Positions 10,831 to 20,705 of a DNA stretch of 64,000 bases are shown piece after piece (position 1 is the stretch's first letter; the number at the start of each line of letters is the position of its first letter). The position numbers and the translations under genes were made by a program. Below the pieces are notes generated by a model that searched no databases, had not been told where the DNA came from, and worked only from the letters and a program-made list of their open reading frames with translations. The DNA comes from Alphaproteobacteria bacterium (GTDB lineage: Bacteria > Pseudomonadota > Alphaproteobacteria > UBA7887), in contig OZ241745.1 in the NCBI GenBank assembly GCA_965201115.1, forward strand, positions 2,306,308-2,370,307. The letters are read 5' to 3'.

Positions 10831-11772
10831 GTGTTCGCTTTCGTCCTGCGCCGCGTGCTGGCGACGATTCCCGTCATGGGCATCGTCGCGGTCTTCGTGT
10901 TCCTGCTGCTGCATCTCAGCCCGGGCGACCCCGCCACGGTCATCGCGGGCGACTATGCGAGCCCGGAAGACATAGAGCGCATCCGCGCCCGGCTCGGTCT
11001 CGACCGGCCCCTGCACGTCCAGTTCGCGTCGTGGATCGGGCGGATCGCGCAAGGCGACCTGGGAACCTCGATCTTCTCCAACCTGCCGGTGTCGCGGCTG
11101 ATCGCGCAGCGCCTGGAGCCGACGCTGTCGCTCGCGCTGCTCACGCTGGCCTTCACGGTGGCGGTCGCGGTGCCGCTCGGCACGGTGGCGGCGTGGCGCG
11201 CGGGGACGTGGATCGACCGCGCGGTCATGGCGTTCGCCGTGGTGGGCTTTTCCGTTCCGGTGTTCGTGCTCGGCTATATCCTGATCCAGGTCTTCGCGAT
11301 CGGCGCGGGGTGGTTTCCGGTACAGGGCTACGCGCCGCTGTCGGAAGGCGCCGGGCCGTTTCTCCACCGGCTGATCCTGCCCGCGCTGGCGCTGAGCGCG
11401 GTGTATATCGCGCTGATCGCGCGTATCGCCCGCGCCAGCGTGCTGGAGGCGCTGGCCGAAGACCACGTGCGCACCGCGCGCGCGAAAGGCCTGCCGGAGC
11501 GCCTGGTGCTGCTGCGCCACGCGCTGGCCAACGCCGCCGCGCCGATCGTCACGGTCATCGGCATCGGCTTCTCGCTGCTGATCGGCGGCGTGGTCGTGAC
11601 CGAAAGCGTGTTCAACATTCCCGGCCTCGGCCGGCTGACCGTCGATGCGGTGCTGCGGCGCGACTACCCGGTAATCCAGGGCATCGTGCTGGTGTTCTCG
11701 GCGGCCTGCGTGGCGGTGAACCTCCTGGTCGATCTGCTCTATACGGCGTTCGACCCGAGAATCCGCTACTGA
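10831..11772 (+). CDS. ABC transporter permease (DppB/GsiC-like)
   Basis: 313 aa, multiple TM segments, EAA-like loop (…ARAKGLPERLVLLRHALAN). Confidence 0.8.
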   Translation: MFAFVLRRVLATIPVMGIVAVFVFLLLHLSPGDPATVIAGDYASPEDIERIRARLGLDRPLHVQFASWIGRIAQGDLGTSIFSNLPVSRLIAQRLEPTLSLALLTLAFTVAVAVPLGTVAAWRAGTWIDRAVMAFAVVGFSVPVFVLGYILIQVFAIGAGWFPVQGYAPLSEGAGPFLHRLILPALALSAVYIALIARIARASVLEALAEDHVRTARAKGLPERLVLLRHALANAAAPIVTVIGIGFSLLIGGVVVTESVFNIPGLGRLTVDAVLRRDYPVIQGIVLVFSAACVAVNLLVDLLYTAFDPRIRY

Positions 11773-11785
11773 GGGCGGCGCGCGC

Positions 11786-12667
11786 GTGATTTCGGCGTTC
11801 AAGACGGTCGCATGGGACCCGGCGGGGCGGCGCGCGGGGGCCATGCGGCCGGGCCGCCATCCGGGCGTTCTGTGCGGCGCGGCCATCGTCGCCGCGCTGG
11901 CGGCCGCGGCCGTGTTCGCGCCCTGGCTGTGGACGGGCGACCCCGCCGCGCTCGATCCCGCCGCGCGGCTGGCGCGGCCCGGCGGCGCGCACTGGTTCGG
12001 GACCGACATGTACGGGCGCGACCTGTGGACGCGCACGATCCACGGCGCGCGCATCTCGCTGATCGTCGGCGCGTGCGTCACCGCGCTGGCGGTCGCGGCG
12101 GGGCTGGCGATCGGCCTGACGGCGGGCTATGTGCGCTGGATCGACGCCATCGCCATGCGCGTCATGGACGGCGTGATGGCAATCCCCGGCATTCTGCTCG
12201 CCATCGCGACGATCGCGCTGGCGGGCGCCAATCTCGCGACCGTGGTGGCCGCCATCGCCGTGCCCGAGGTTCCGCGCGTGGCGCGGCTGGTGCGCGGCGT
12301 CGTGCTCTCGATCCGCGAGGAGCCCTATGTGGAGGCCGCGGTGGCGATGGGCGCGCGGCTGCCGAAACTCCTGCTGCGCCATGTGCTGCCCAACGCCGTG
12401 GCGCCGCTGGCGGTCCAGGGCACCTATGTGTGCGCATCGGCCATCGTCACCGAGGCGCTGCTGTCGTTTCTCGGCGCCGGCATCCCGCCGGAGCGCCCGA
12501 CCTGGGGCAACATCATGGCCGAGGGGCGGGCGCTGTTTCAGGTCGCGCCGTGGATCGTGTTCTTTCCGGGGCTGTTTCTCGCGCTCGCGGTGCTGGCCAT
12601 CAACATCCTGGGCGACGGGCTGCGCGACACGCTCGACCCGCGCATCGCGCGGCGGCTGCGCGCATGA
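11786..12667 (+). CDS. ABC transporter permease (DppC/GsiD-like)
   Basis: 293 aa hydrophobic, BPD_transp_1-like; GTG start; stop overlaps next gene's ATG (ATGA). Confidence 0.75.
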   Translation: MISAFKTVAWDPAGRRAGAMRPGRHPGVLCGAAIVAALAAAAVFAPWLWTGDPAALDPAARLARPGGAHWFGTDMYGRDLWTRTIHGARISLIVGACVTALAVAAGLAIGLTAGYVRWIDAIAMRVMDGVMAIPGILLAIATIALAGANLATVVAAIAVPEVPRVARLVRGVVLSIREEPYVEAAVAMGARLPKLLLRHVLPNAVAPLAVQGTYVCASAIVTEALLSFLGAGIPPERPTWGNIMAEGRALFQVAPWIVFFPGLFLALAVLAINILGDGLRDTLDPRIARRLRA

Positions 12668-14283
12668 CGGCGGTGTTGGCGGTCGAGGGGCTGACCGTGC
12701 GCCTGCCCCCCGGCGCCGACCGCGAGCTCGCCGTCGCGGGCGTCGGCCTGTCGGTCGCGGCGAACGAAACCCTCTGCGTCGTGGGCGAGTCGGGTTCCGG
12801 GAAGACTGTGGTCGCGCAATCGGCGATGGGCCTGTTGCCGCCGCGCCAGCTGGAGGTAACCGCGGGCGGCATCGCGCTGCTCGGCGAGGATTTGCGCGCC
12901 GCCTCGCCGGCGCGGCTGCGGGCGCTGCGCGGCGCGCGCATGGCGATGATCTTCCAGGAGCCCATGACCGCGCTCAACCCCGTGATGTCCGTCGGGCGGC
13001 AGATCGAGGAGACGCTGCGCACGCACACGCAAATGCCCGCGCCGCGCCGCGCCGCGCGCGTGCTCGCGACCATGCGCGAGGTGGACCTGCCGGAGCCGGA
13101 GCGGTTGCGCGGGGCCTATCCGCACCAGCTGTCGGGCGGCCAGCGCCAGCGCGTCATGATCGCGATGGCGCTGGCGCTCGAGCCCGCGCTGCTTATCGCC
13201 GACGAGCCGACGACCGCGCTCGACGTGACCACGCAGGCGCGCATCCTGGCGCTCATCAAGCGCCTGCAACGCGAACGCGGCATGGCGGTGCTGTTCATCA
13301 CCCACGATTTCGGCGTCGTCGCCGAGATCGCCGACCGCGTGGCGGTGATGCGCGCGGGCGAAATCGTGGAGGCCGGGCCGGCGGAGCGCGTCCTGTCCGC
13401 GCCGCGCCACGCCTATACGCGGCGGCTGATGGCGGCGGTGCCGAGCCTGCGCCCGCCGGCGCGCGAGCCGCGCGACGCCGCGGCGGCGGCGCTGGAGCTC
13501 CGCGGCCTCTCGAAAACGTGGCCCGGCGGCGGCTGGCTGCGCCGCCGCCGCGCCGTGCGCGCCGCCAGCGACGTCTCGTTCGTGCTGCGGCGCGGCGAAA
13601 CGCTGGGCCTGGTCGGCGAATCCGGGTCGGGGAAAACCACCGTCGCGCGGTGCGCGCTGCGGCTGGTGGAGCCCACGGCGGGCGCGGTGCTGCTCGGCGG
13701 CGCCGACCTGGCGCGGCTCGGCCGCCGCGCGCTCAGGCCCCACCGGCGGCGGATACAGATCGTGTTCCAGGATCCCTACCGCTCGCTCAACCCGCGCCGC
13801 CCGGTGGGCGACTCGATCGTCGAGGGGCCGGTCAACTACGGCGTCGCGCTCGAGGAGGCGCGCCGCCGCGCCGCCGCGCTGCTCGAACTCGTGGGCCTCG
13901 ACGCCGCGGCGGCGGGGCGCTATCCGCACGAATTCTCGGGCGGCCAGCGCCAGCGCATCTGCATCGCGCGCGCGCTGGCGATGGAGCCGGAAGTGCTGGT
14001 CGCCGACGAACCGGTCTCGGCCCTCGACGTCTCGGTGCAGGCGCAGGTGCTGGCGCTGCTCGACAGCGTGCGCGCGCGGTTCGACCTCGCCATGCTGTTC
14101 ATCACCCACGATTTGCGCGTCGCCGCGCAGGTGTGCGACCGCGTCGCCGTGATGTACCGCGGCGAAATCGTCGAGACCGGCGCGACCGCCGCGCTGTTCG
14201 CCGCGCCGCGGCACGACTATACCAAGCGCCTGTTCGCCGCCGTCCCCGGCCGCGACCGCGATTTCGCGCTCGCCGCGCGGTGA
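12664..14283 (+). CDS. ABC transporter ATP-binding protein with two fused nucleotide-binding domains (GsiA/DppDF-like)
   Basis: Two Walker A motifs (GESGSGKT twice), two LSGGQRQR signatures, two Walker B; ATG 12664 overlaps upstream stop. Confidence 0.85.
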   Translation: MTAVLAVEGLTVRLPPGADRELAVAGVGLSVAANETLCVVGESGSGKTVVAQSAMGLLPPRQLEVTAGGIALLGEDLRAASPARLRALRGARMAMIFQEPMTALNPVMSVGRQIEETLRTHTQMPAPRRAARVLATMREVDLPEPERLRGAYPHQLSGGQRQRVMIAMALALEPALLIADEPTTALDVTTQARILALIKRLQRERGMAVLFITHDFGVVAEIADRVAVMRAGEIVEAGPAERVLSAPRHAYTRRLMAAVPSLRPPAREPRDAAAAALELRGLSKTWPGGGWLRRRRAVRAASDVSFVLRRGETLGLVGESGSGKTTVARCALRLVEPTAGAVLLGGADLARLGRRALRPHRRRIQIVFQDPYRSLNPRRPVGDSIVEGPVNYGVALEEARRRAAALLELVGLDAAAAGRYPHEFSGGQRQRICIARALAMEPEVLVADEPVSALDVSVQAQVLALLDSVRARFDLAMLFITHDLRVAAQVCDRVAVMYRGEIVETGATAALFAAPRHDYTKRLFAAVPGRDRDFALAAR

Positions 14284-14311
14284 GGCGGAAAGCGCGCCCG
14301 CGTCCTGCGCC

Positions 14312-15211
14312 GTGAGCCTGCGCCTCGTCTTCATGGGCACGCCGGCGTTCGCCTTGCCGGCGTTCGAGGCGCTGCGCGCCGCCGGCCACCGCATCGCGCG
14401 CGCCTATACGCAGCCGCCGCGGCCCGCGGGACGCGGACGGCGCGCGCGGCCCGGCGCGGTCGCGCGCGCGGCCCATGCGGCGGGCGTCGAAACCCGCTGG
14501 CCGGAAAGCCTGAAAGACGAAACCCTGCCGCCCGGCCTTGACGCGGCGGTGGTGTGCGCCTACGGCCTCATGCTGCCGGAGCGCGTTCTCGCGGCGCCGC
14601 GGCGGGGCTGCCTCAATATCCACGCCTCGCTGCTGCCGCGCTGGCGCGGCGCGGCGCCCATCGCGCGCGCCGTCATGGCCGGCGACGCCGAGACCGGCAT
14701 AACGATCGTGCGCATGGACGCCGGCCTCGACACCGGGCCCATGCTGCTGCGGCGCGCCGTTCCCGCCGCGGGCGCCGACGCGGGCGCGCTGCACGACCGC
14801 CTGGCGGCGCTCGGCGCGGAGGCCATTATCGAAGCGCTCGCCGGAGACTATGCGGAAACGCCGCAGCCCGCCGCGGGCGCGACCTACGCCCGCAAGCTCG
14901 AACGCGCCGACTTGCTTATCGACTGGCGCCGCCCCGCCGCGGAAATCGCGCGGCAGGCGCGCGCGCTCGCGCCGCGCCCCGGCGCGCGGTTTGCGCTCGA
15001 CGGCGAGGAGTGGAAACTGCTCGCCGCGGAAGAAGTAGAGGCCGCCGGGGCCGACGTCGCGCCGGGCGCGACCCTCGACGCCGCGCTGACCGTGGCGTGC
15101 GGCGCCGGCGCGCTGCGCGCCCTGCGCGTCCAGCGCCCCGGCCGCAAACCCATGAGCGCCGCCGCGACCCTGCGCGGCCGCCCCGTCCCGCCCGGAACGC
15201 GCCTGCTCTGA
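14312..15211 (+). CDS. fmt: Methionyl-tRNA formyltransferase
   Basis: N-terminal RLVFMGTPAFA, formyltransferase core (NIHASLLPRWRGAAPI), ~300 aa. Confidence 0.85.
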   Translation: MSLRLVFMGTPAFALPAFEALRAAGHRIARAYTQPPRPAGRGRRARPGAVARAAHAAGVETRWPESLKDETLPPGLDAAVVCAYGLMLPERVLAAPRRGCLNIHASLLPRWRGAAPIARAVMAGDAETGITIVRMDAGLDTGPMLLRRAVPAAGADAGALHDRLAALGAEAIIEALAGDYAETPQPAAGATYARKLERADLLIDWRRPAAEIARQARALAPRPGARFALDGEEWKLLAAEEVEAAGADVAPGATLDAALTVACGAGALRALRVQRPGRKPMSAAATLRGRPVPPGTRLL

Positions 15212-15214
15212 GCG

Positions 15215-15958
15215 ATGCCGCGCTACCGCCTGACGGTCGAATACGACGGAACCGGCTATGCCGGCTGGCAGCGGCAGGACAACGCGCCGTCGATCCAGGC
15301 GGCGCTCGAGGCCGCCGTGCATGCGTTCTGCGCCGAAAACGCGACGGTTTACGGCGCGGGACGCACCGACGCCGGCGTCCACGCGCGCGGGCAGGTCTGC
15401 CATCTCGATCTCGAAAGGCGCGTTTCCGCCGCCACGTTGTGCAACGCGCTAAACGCGCATTTGCGCCCCGCGCCCGTCGCCGTGCTCGCCGCGGCGGAGG
15501 CGCCGCCCGGTTTCCACGCGCGCTTCTCGGCCACCGAGCGGGAGTACCGCTACCGCATCCTGAACCGCCGCGCCCCGCCGGCGGTCGATCGCGGCCGCGT
15601 ATGGCATGTCGCCGCGCCGCTCGACGCCGCGGCGATGGCCGCCGCCGCCGCGCATCTTGTCGGGCGCCACGATTTCAGCAGTTTCCGCGCGGCGGCGTGC
15701 CAGGCGAAATCCCCCGTCAAGACGCTGGACGCGCTGGACGTCGCGCGCCGCGGCGCCGAAATCGCGATAACCGCGCGCGCGCGTTCGTTCCTGCACCATC
15801 AGGTGCGCGTCATGGCCGGCACGCTGGCCCGCGTCGGCCTGGGCAAGACGCCCCCCGCCGCGATCCCCGCCATACTGGCCGCCCGCGCCCGCCCCGCCGC
15901 CGGCCCGACGGCCCCGCCCGGCGGCCTGTGCCTGGTCGCCGTGCGCTACGGCGCGTAA
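15215..15958 (+). CDS. truA: tRNA pseudouridine(38-40) synthase
   Basis: MPRYRLTVEYDGTGYAGWQRQ… and catalytic GRTDAGVHA motif. Confidence 0.85.
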   Translation: MPRYRLTVEYDGTGYAGWQRQDNAPSIQAALEAAVHAFCAENATVYGAGRTDAGVHARGQVCHLDLERRVSAATLCNALNAHLRPAPVAVLAAAEAPPGFHARFSATEREYRYRILNRRAPPAVDRGRVWHVAAPLDAAAMAAAAAHLVGRHDFSSFRAAACQAKSPVKTLDALDVARRGAEIAITARARSFLHHQVRVMAGTLARVGLGKTPPAAIPAILAARARPAAGPTAPPGGLCLVAVRYGA

Positions 15959-15989
15959 CGCCGGACGGAAGGGCCGCCGCGGGCGTTGA

Positions 15990-16033
15990 CCACAATCCCG
16001 TTGTCAACAAATCTGTTGACAACGGGATTGTGG
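15990..16033. repeat. Perfect 20-bp inverted repeat (CCACAATCCCGTTGTCAACA-aatc-TGTTGACAACGGGATTGTGG)
   Basis: Exact reverse-complement arms with 4-nt centre, 31 bp after truA stop and about 90 bp beyond the 3' end of the transposase remnant. Confidence 0.8.
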
Positions 16034-16120
16034 TGCGCTACCCCAAGTTTACCGCTGTATTTGGCGAGTTGTTATGCATCGGCGTGTTACGCTGGTTTTG
16101 GCGCGCGAGCGGCGCTACAT

Positions 16121-16645
16121 TCAGGCGGTGTATTTTTGCGTTCCTCCGGGTTGTGGGTCGATGCCGAGCGCGGCGTGGATTTCGTTCTGTTCGCCTCCGG
16201 GCATGGCGGCTTTTCGCACATGGAGGGCGCGTCCGTCGGTCTGTCGGAAGGTTGCGGTCACGCGTTGCTGTCCTTCGAGGATTTTGCTCAGGGTATTCCA
16301 GCTGTGGCGGAGTCCGTGTCGGCGCAGTTGCTTTCGTATGGTTTGGACGAGTCGGCATGCGATGACGGATATGAAGAGATGGCCTTCGGCGCGTTCCGGT
16401 TTGCGGCGATATACGGGGCGCGGGCCGAGTTCGGATTCGAGGGATCGGAAGACGGCTTCGAGATCTGTGAGCGTGGCGTATGTTCTCCGGAGGGTTTCTT
16501 CGTCCCATTCGGTTATGTTGCCGCGCAGGCAATAGACGCCGGGATGTGTGGCCATGGAGCCTTCGAGGGGTTTGCGGGTCCACGTTACGGCTGTGGCTTT
16601 TTCTCCGCTTTCGTCGTCGGCGACGCGAATGCTGTAGCGTTGGGC
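16121..16645 (-). pseudogene. DDE transposase C-terminal remnant (IS4/IS1634-like family, tentative)
   Basis: Last about 174 codons of minus ORF 16121..18973 read …TWTRKPLEGSMATHPGVYCLRGNITEWDEETLRRTYATLTDLEAVFRSLESELGPRPVYRRKPERAEGHLFISVIA…GIDPQPGG, a transposase C-terminus; upstream part of ORF is antisense to the caspase gene and not transposase-like. Confidence 0.6.
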
Positions 16646-16933
16646 GGCTCCCCGGCTTTTTCCTTCAATCGTCCGATGCGCTTCCACACGGCGTCGATGC
16701 GTTTGCGCGTCCGGGACCGGGACAGGCCCTGGTGGAGTTGGGCGCGCGCGGTTTCGAAGCGCGTTGCGAAGCGTTCGACGATGGCGCGCTCTGGGTATGG
16801 GCGACTCGCGGATCGGGCGTTGCCGTTCGGGCGCGCGCGCCGTATGTATGGTCGCGTAGTGTGTCGCCGGTGCGCTCGGGCAGCGCGGCCGCCGGCGCGT
16901 TTCCGCACGCGGGAGCGGAGAGGAGGAGACGGC

Positions 16934-18544
16934 ATGAATGCAGCGGGCGCGAAAGGGCCGCGGGTGCGCTTGCGCGCATGGGCGGCGGCGCTGTTCGTGT
17001 CGGCGGCGTGGGCGTTCGGCGCAACCGCGGCCGCGGACTACGCCAACCCGAACGGCGTGGCGGTCATCGTGGGCAACCGGAACTACGGACACCGGGACGT
17101 GCATGAGGTGTCCTACGCGCACCGCGATGCGGAGGCGTTCCGGCTCTACGTGCTGGACGTACTCGGCTTCGATCCGGAGAACATCATCGATCTGCGCGAC
17201 GCGAGCCAGGCGGCGCTCGAGACGGCGTTCGGCAACGAGCGCAGTCCCAACGGGATGCTGTGGCGTTATCTCGACCCCGAGGGCGGTTCCGACGTCGTCG
17301 TTTTTTATTCCGGGCACGGTGTTCCGGGCCTGAGCGACGAGCGGGGCTACCTGCTGCCGGCGGACGCCGATCCGAACACGGCGGAGATCAACGGTTACCC
17401 GATAGACGTGTTGTACGCGAACCTCGGTAAGCTCAAGGAGGCGCGTTCGGTTCGGGTATTTCTGGATGCGTGTTTTTCGGGGGGCAGCGACCGGGGGATG
17501 CTTGTGCGTTCGGCGTCTCCGGTGTTCGCGGAGGCGGAACTGCCATCGGCGTCGCGCGCGCTCACGGTCTTGACCGCCGCGTCGGGGGATCAGGTTGCGT
17601 CGTGGGACGAGGCCGCGGGCCACGGGCTGTTTACGCACCATCTTCTGGATGCGCTGTACGGGGCGGGGGACGCCGACGGCGATGGGTCGGTGACGGCGCT
17701 GGAGGCGAAGGCGTATCTCGACCGGTACATGACGCGCGCGGCGCGGCGCGCGCTCGGGCGTCTGCAAAACGCCGGTCTTCGCGGCGATGCGGCGGCGGTT
17801 TTGGCGGCGGCGGCGGGCGGTTCGTTTCCGGAGCGCCCGGTTATCGACGCGGCGGCGGATTCGGCGCCGACGCGCCCCCCTGCCGCGGCTCCCGCGGCGG
17901 CGGCGGCGGCGGCGGCGCTTGGGTTGGACCGCGCGTCGCGTGCGCTGGTTCAGCGGGGGTTGGCTTCGTTGGCGTTCGATCCGGGTCCTGTCGATGGCGC
18001 GTTCGGACCGCGGACCCGTTCGGCTCTGGGGGCGTGGCAAACGGCGAAAGGGTACGAGGCGACGGGCCGGTTGACGCGCGAGCAGGCGGAAGCGCTGGTC
18101 GCGATGGGCCGCGATGCCGAGAGCGCGGACCGCGCCGAGCGCGAGCGCGAGGCGGAAGCGGCGGAGCAGGAGCGTCTTGCACGCGCCGATGACGACGCGT
18201 TTGCCTCCGCGCTCGGCTCCGCCCCGGAGCCGTCGCGCGACATGGCCGCGATAGGGGACTATGGCGGCACGCTGCTTCAGCTGCTGAACCGCAACGCCGC
18301 CCTCAGCTACCCCCGCGTCTCCATGCAGAAAGGCGAGGAAGGCTCCGTGCCCCTCCTGCTGCGCATCGCCCCCGACGGCGACCTGCTGGAAGTGCGTGTC
18401 CTCGACGACTCGCAAGCCTCGCGCACCTTGGTCAGCGCCGCCGTCCGCGCCGTCCAGCGCTCCTCCCCCTTCAGCGACTTCGCCACCGGCATGGGCAACG
18501 ACCCCATCGAGTTCCCGATCACAGTTAACTATCGCCTGCGATGA
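16934..18544 (+). CDS. Secreted caspase-family (peptidase C14) protein fused to a peptidoglycan-binding domain and a TonB C-terminal domain
   Basis: Strong SD AGGAGGAG before ATG 16934; signal peptide; His/Cys dyad context (YSGHG … VFLDACFSGG); PG_binding-like segment (LVQRGLASLAFDPGPVDGAFGPRTRSALGAWQ); C-terminal TonB_C-like (SYPRVSMQKGEEGSV…PITVNYRL). Confidence 0.7.
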   Translation: MNAAGAKGPRVRLRAWAAALFVSAAWAFGATAAADYANPNGVAVIVGNRNYGHRDVHEVSYAHRDAEAFRLYVLDVLGFDPENIIDLRDASQAALETAFGNERSPNGMLWRYLDPEGGSDVVVFYSGHGVPGLSDERGYLLPADADPNTAEINGYPIDVLYANLGKLKEARSVRVFLDACFSGGSDRGMLVRSASPVFAEAELPSASRALTVLTAASGDQVASWDEAAGHGLFTHHLLDALYGAGDADGDGSVTALEAKAYLDRYMTRAARRALGRLQNAGLRGDAAAVLAAAAGGSFPERPVIDAAADSAPTRPPAAAPAAAAAAAALGLDRASRALVQRGLASLAFDPGPVDGAFGPRTRSALGAWQTAKGYEATGRLTREQAEALVAMGRDAESADRAEREREAEAAEQERLARADDDAFASALGSAPEPSRDMAAIGDYGGTLLQLLNRNAALSYPRVSMQKGEEGSVPLLLRIAPDGDLLEVRVLDDSQASRTLVSAAVRAVQRSSPFSDFATGMGNDPIEFPITVNYRLR

Positions 18545-19521
18545 CTCCGACCGGCCCGTTGCCGACGACATCTGACTCGAACACGCGATCGCCGTCGGCT
18601 CGATCCCGCCGGAACTGCGCGACGTGTGGAATCGACTCGAAAACGAAGGGATCGCGGTCGCGCGTCTCGAACGCGGCGCGCCGCATGGGCGAGAACAAGA
18701 GGCGGACCGGATGCCCGGACGCAACGGCTTCAGCGAACGGCTCCTACGCCCACATACGCGTGTACGACCCGGCGATCCAGACGCTGTCGGAGTTGGCCGA
18801 CATACAGGCCGACCGCGCGACCGGCGAACCGCGCATGGTGCGCACCATCGTGCCCGACAAGATGACCGCGCTGATCGCGCGCGAACGCACCGGCGAAGGC
18901 CGGCACGTCCGCTTGGCGATGCTCGACGCCACGATCTCCTGTCTGTGGCCCGAAGGCATGTCGGCGCTCTCATGGGCGGACCGCGAGGCCGACCCCGCGC
19001 GCGGGCAGATGGGCCTCGACCTCGTGTTCAAGACCGCCGACGGCCATATCACCGCCGGCGCGGTGACCGACGCCGAATGGGCCGGCCTCTGCCGCGCGCT
19101 GCGGCGCGAAGATCTGCTGGCCGACCCGCGTTTCGAAACCCCGGCGCTGCGCTTCGCCAATGTCGCCGAGCGCCGCGCGATCATGAGCGCCGAAATCGCG
19201 AAATGGCCGTCGGCGGAGATCCTCGCGCGCCTCGACGCCGAACAGGCGCCGTCGGCGCCGGCGCTGCGGCGCCGCGAACCGCCCGGCGACCCCCAAGTGG
19301 TGGAGAACGGCATCGTGGAGCTTCATGACGACCCCGTGCTTGGCCCGGTGCGCCAGCCGCGCCCCGCCGCGCGTTTCGACCGCACGCCCGCCGGGGGCGC
19401 GCTGGCCCCCTTCCCTGGCGCGCATGACGCCGATATACTGGCCGAACTCGGCTACGGCCGCGCCGCCATCGCCGCCTTCGCGGCGCGCGGCGTAACCGCC
19501 GCGCAGGAGCAAACGCCATGA
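18541..19521 (+). pseudogene. Family III CoA-transferase (CaiB/BaiF-like), N-terminally truncated/corrupted
   Basis: Only the middle and C-terminal parts (…ALIARERTGEGRHVRLAMLDA…) resemble CoA-transferase III; N-terminal about 190 aa absent, first about 100 codons are non-homologous junk; ORF begins at the caspase gene stop. Confidence 0.5.
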
Positions 19522-20705
19522 CCGCAACCGAACCCACCCCCGCCGCCGCGCCCTGTTCGGGGCCGAAGGCCCTGCCGAACGACGGGCGGCATTTCGACAG
19601 CGTGACGATTCGCCGTTTCCGGGGGCTCGAGGACCTCGAGCTCGACGGCTTGGGTGCGTTCAACCTGTTCGTCGGCGCGAACGACGTCGGCAAGACGTCG
19701 GTGCTTGAAGCCGTATTCCTGTTGTGCGCTACACATCCGATGGCGCTGGTGCATATGCAGAACCACCGGCTTCTTGCCGTCTCAGGATTCGACGATCTCG
19801 CCATAGCGTTTCATGGCCTGAACGTCGATGAGAATATCGAATTGATCGCAAAATCGCGCGAGGAACACCGCAATGTTTCCTTCTCGTCGGCCGATACATG
19901 GGCGCCGGGACAGCGCATGCAGGCGCTCAAGGGAATGCAAACCACGAATTTGGCTGGTAAAAAAAAGATTGTGGATATATCGACATCGTTCGGAGCCGAT
20001 GCAGAACGAGTTATGCAATGGAAAAGCGAAGTGTTCACCGAGGCCGGTGACGCCCCGCTATCCGCCGAGGCCCAGTTTCGGTTTTTAGAAGATGAACCGA
20101 AGTTCGATCCCGGCGCTTCACCTGCTAATTTTAAAGAAATTATCGATCGCACGCGAATTCGGGGCCAATTGATCAGCACAGGCAGGGGATACGAACCCGG
20201 ACCCATCGCCGAGATCATAACAAAAAAAAGAAAGAAGGATTTGTTGATGTCTTTGGAAGGCATCGACCCGCAGATCCAGGATGTTACAGTCCGAGGAGAC
20301 ACTATCTATCTGGATACCGGTGTGAAAGAAATGCTCCCGTTGAACATGTTCGGCAATGGCGTCGGTCTTGCAACGAACATTGTGGCGCAATGTGTCTTGC
20401 GCGACTTCCGGAGCATTATGATAGATGAAATTGAAAACGGTCTCCATTATACGGCCATCCGTCAAGTGCTCGAATCGATTTTACGCTTGGCTGTTTCCCA
20501 TGGGATTCAGGTATATGCGACCGCCCATAGCATCGATGTCTTGACATGTTTTCGAGAAGTTTTACTTGGAGAGGAATTCGAGGCATATCGATCAATGATA
20601 GCATGCTATGTTTTGGCTAGAGATCGGAAAGATCGTGTGCGTTCATACAGATACGGCTATGAGCAGTTCGATCACTGCATCAAGCACGGAATCGAGATCC
20701 GGTGA
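19518..20705 (+). CDS. ABC/AAA-type ATPase of the OLD/AbiL/PARIS AriA-like class (AAA_15/AAA_21-like)
   Basis: N-terminal IRRFRGLEDLELD…FVGANDVGKTSVLEA (Walker A), distal IMIDEIENGLH (Walker B/D-loop region); markedly lower GC than surroundings; first about 28 codons GC-rich so true start may be GTG 19602. Confidence 0.65.
   Translation: MTATEPTPAAAPCSGPKALPNDGRHFDSVTIRRFRGLEDLELDGLGAFNLFVGANDVGKTSVLEAVFLLCATHPMALVHMQNHRLLAVSGFDDLAIAFHGLNVDENIELIAKSREEHRNVSFSSADTWAPGQRMQALKGMQTTNLAGKKKIVDISTSFGADAERVMQWKSEVFTEAGDAPLSAEAQFRFLEDEPKFDPGASPANFKEIIDRTRIRGQLISTGRGYEPGPIAEIITKKRKKDLLMSLEGIDPQIQDVTVRGDTIYLDTGVKEMLPLNMFGNGVGLATNIVAQCVLRDFRSIMIDEIENGLHYTAIRQVLESILRLAVSHGIQVYATAHSIDVLTCFREVLLGEEFEAYRSMIACYVLARDRKDRVRSYRYGYEQFDHCIKHGIEIR

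Noticed and set aside
8992-14394. Minus-strand ORFs 8992..12081 (1029 aa) and 12538..14394 (618 aa), and plus ORF 9033..11789, overlapping the ABC transporter operon
   Set aside because: These are antisense or alternate-frame products with Arg/Pro-rich low-complexity sequence. The plus-strand frames encoding SBP, permeases and ATPase carry all the family motifs.
16646-18973. Upper about 775 codons of minus ORF 16121..18973 as part of an intact transposase
   Set aside because: Only the C-terminal about 174 aa look transposase-like. The rest is Arg-rich read-through antisense to the well-supported caspase/TonB_C gene (strong SD, signal peptide, domain motifs), so the transposase is a remnant.
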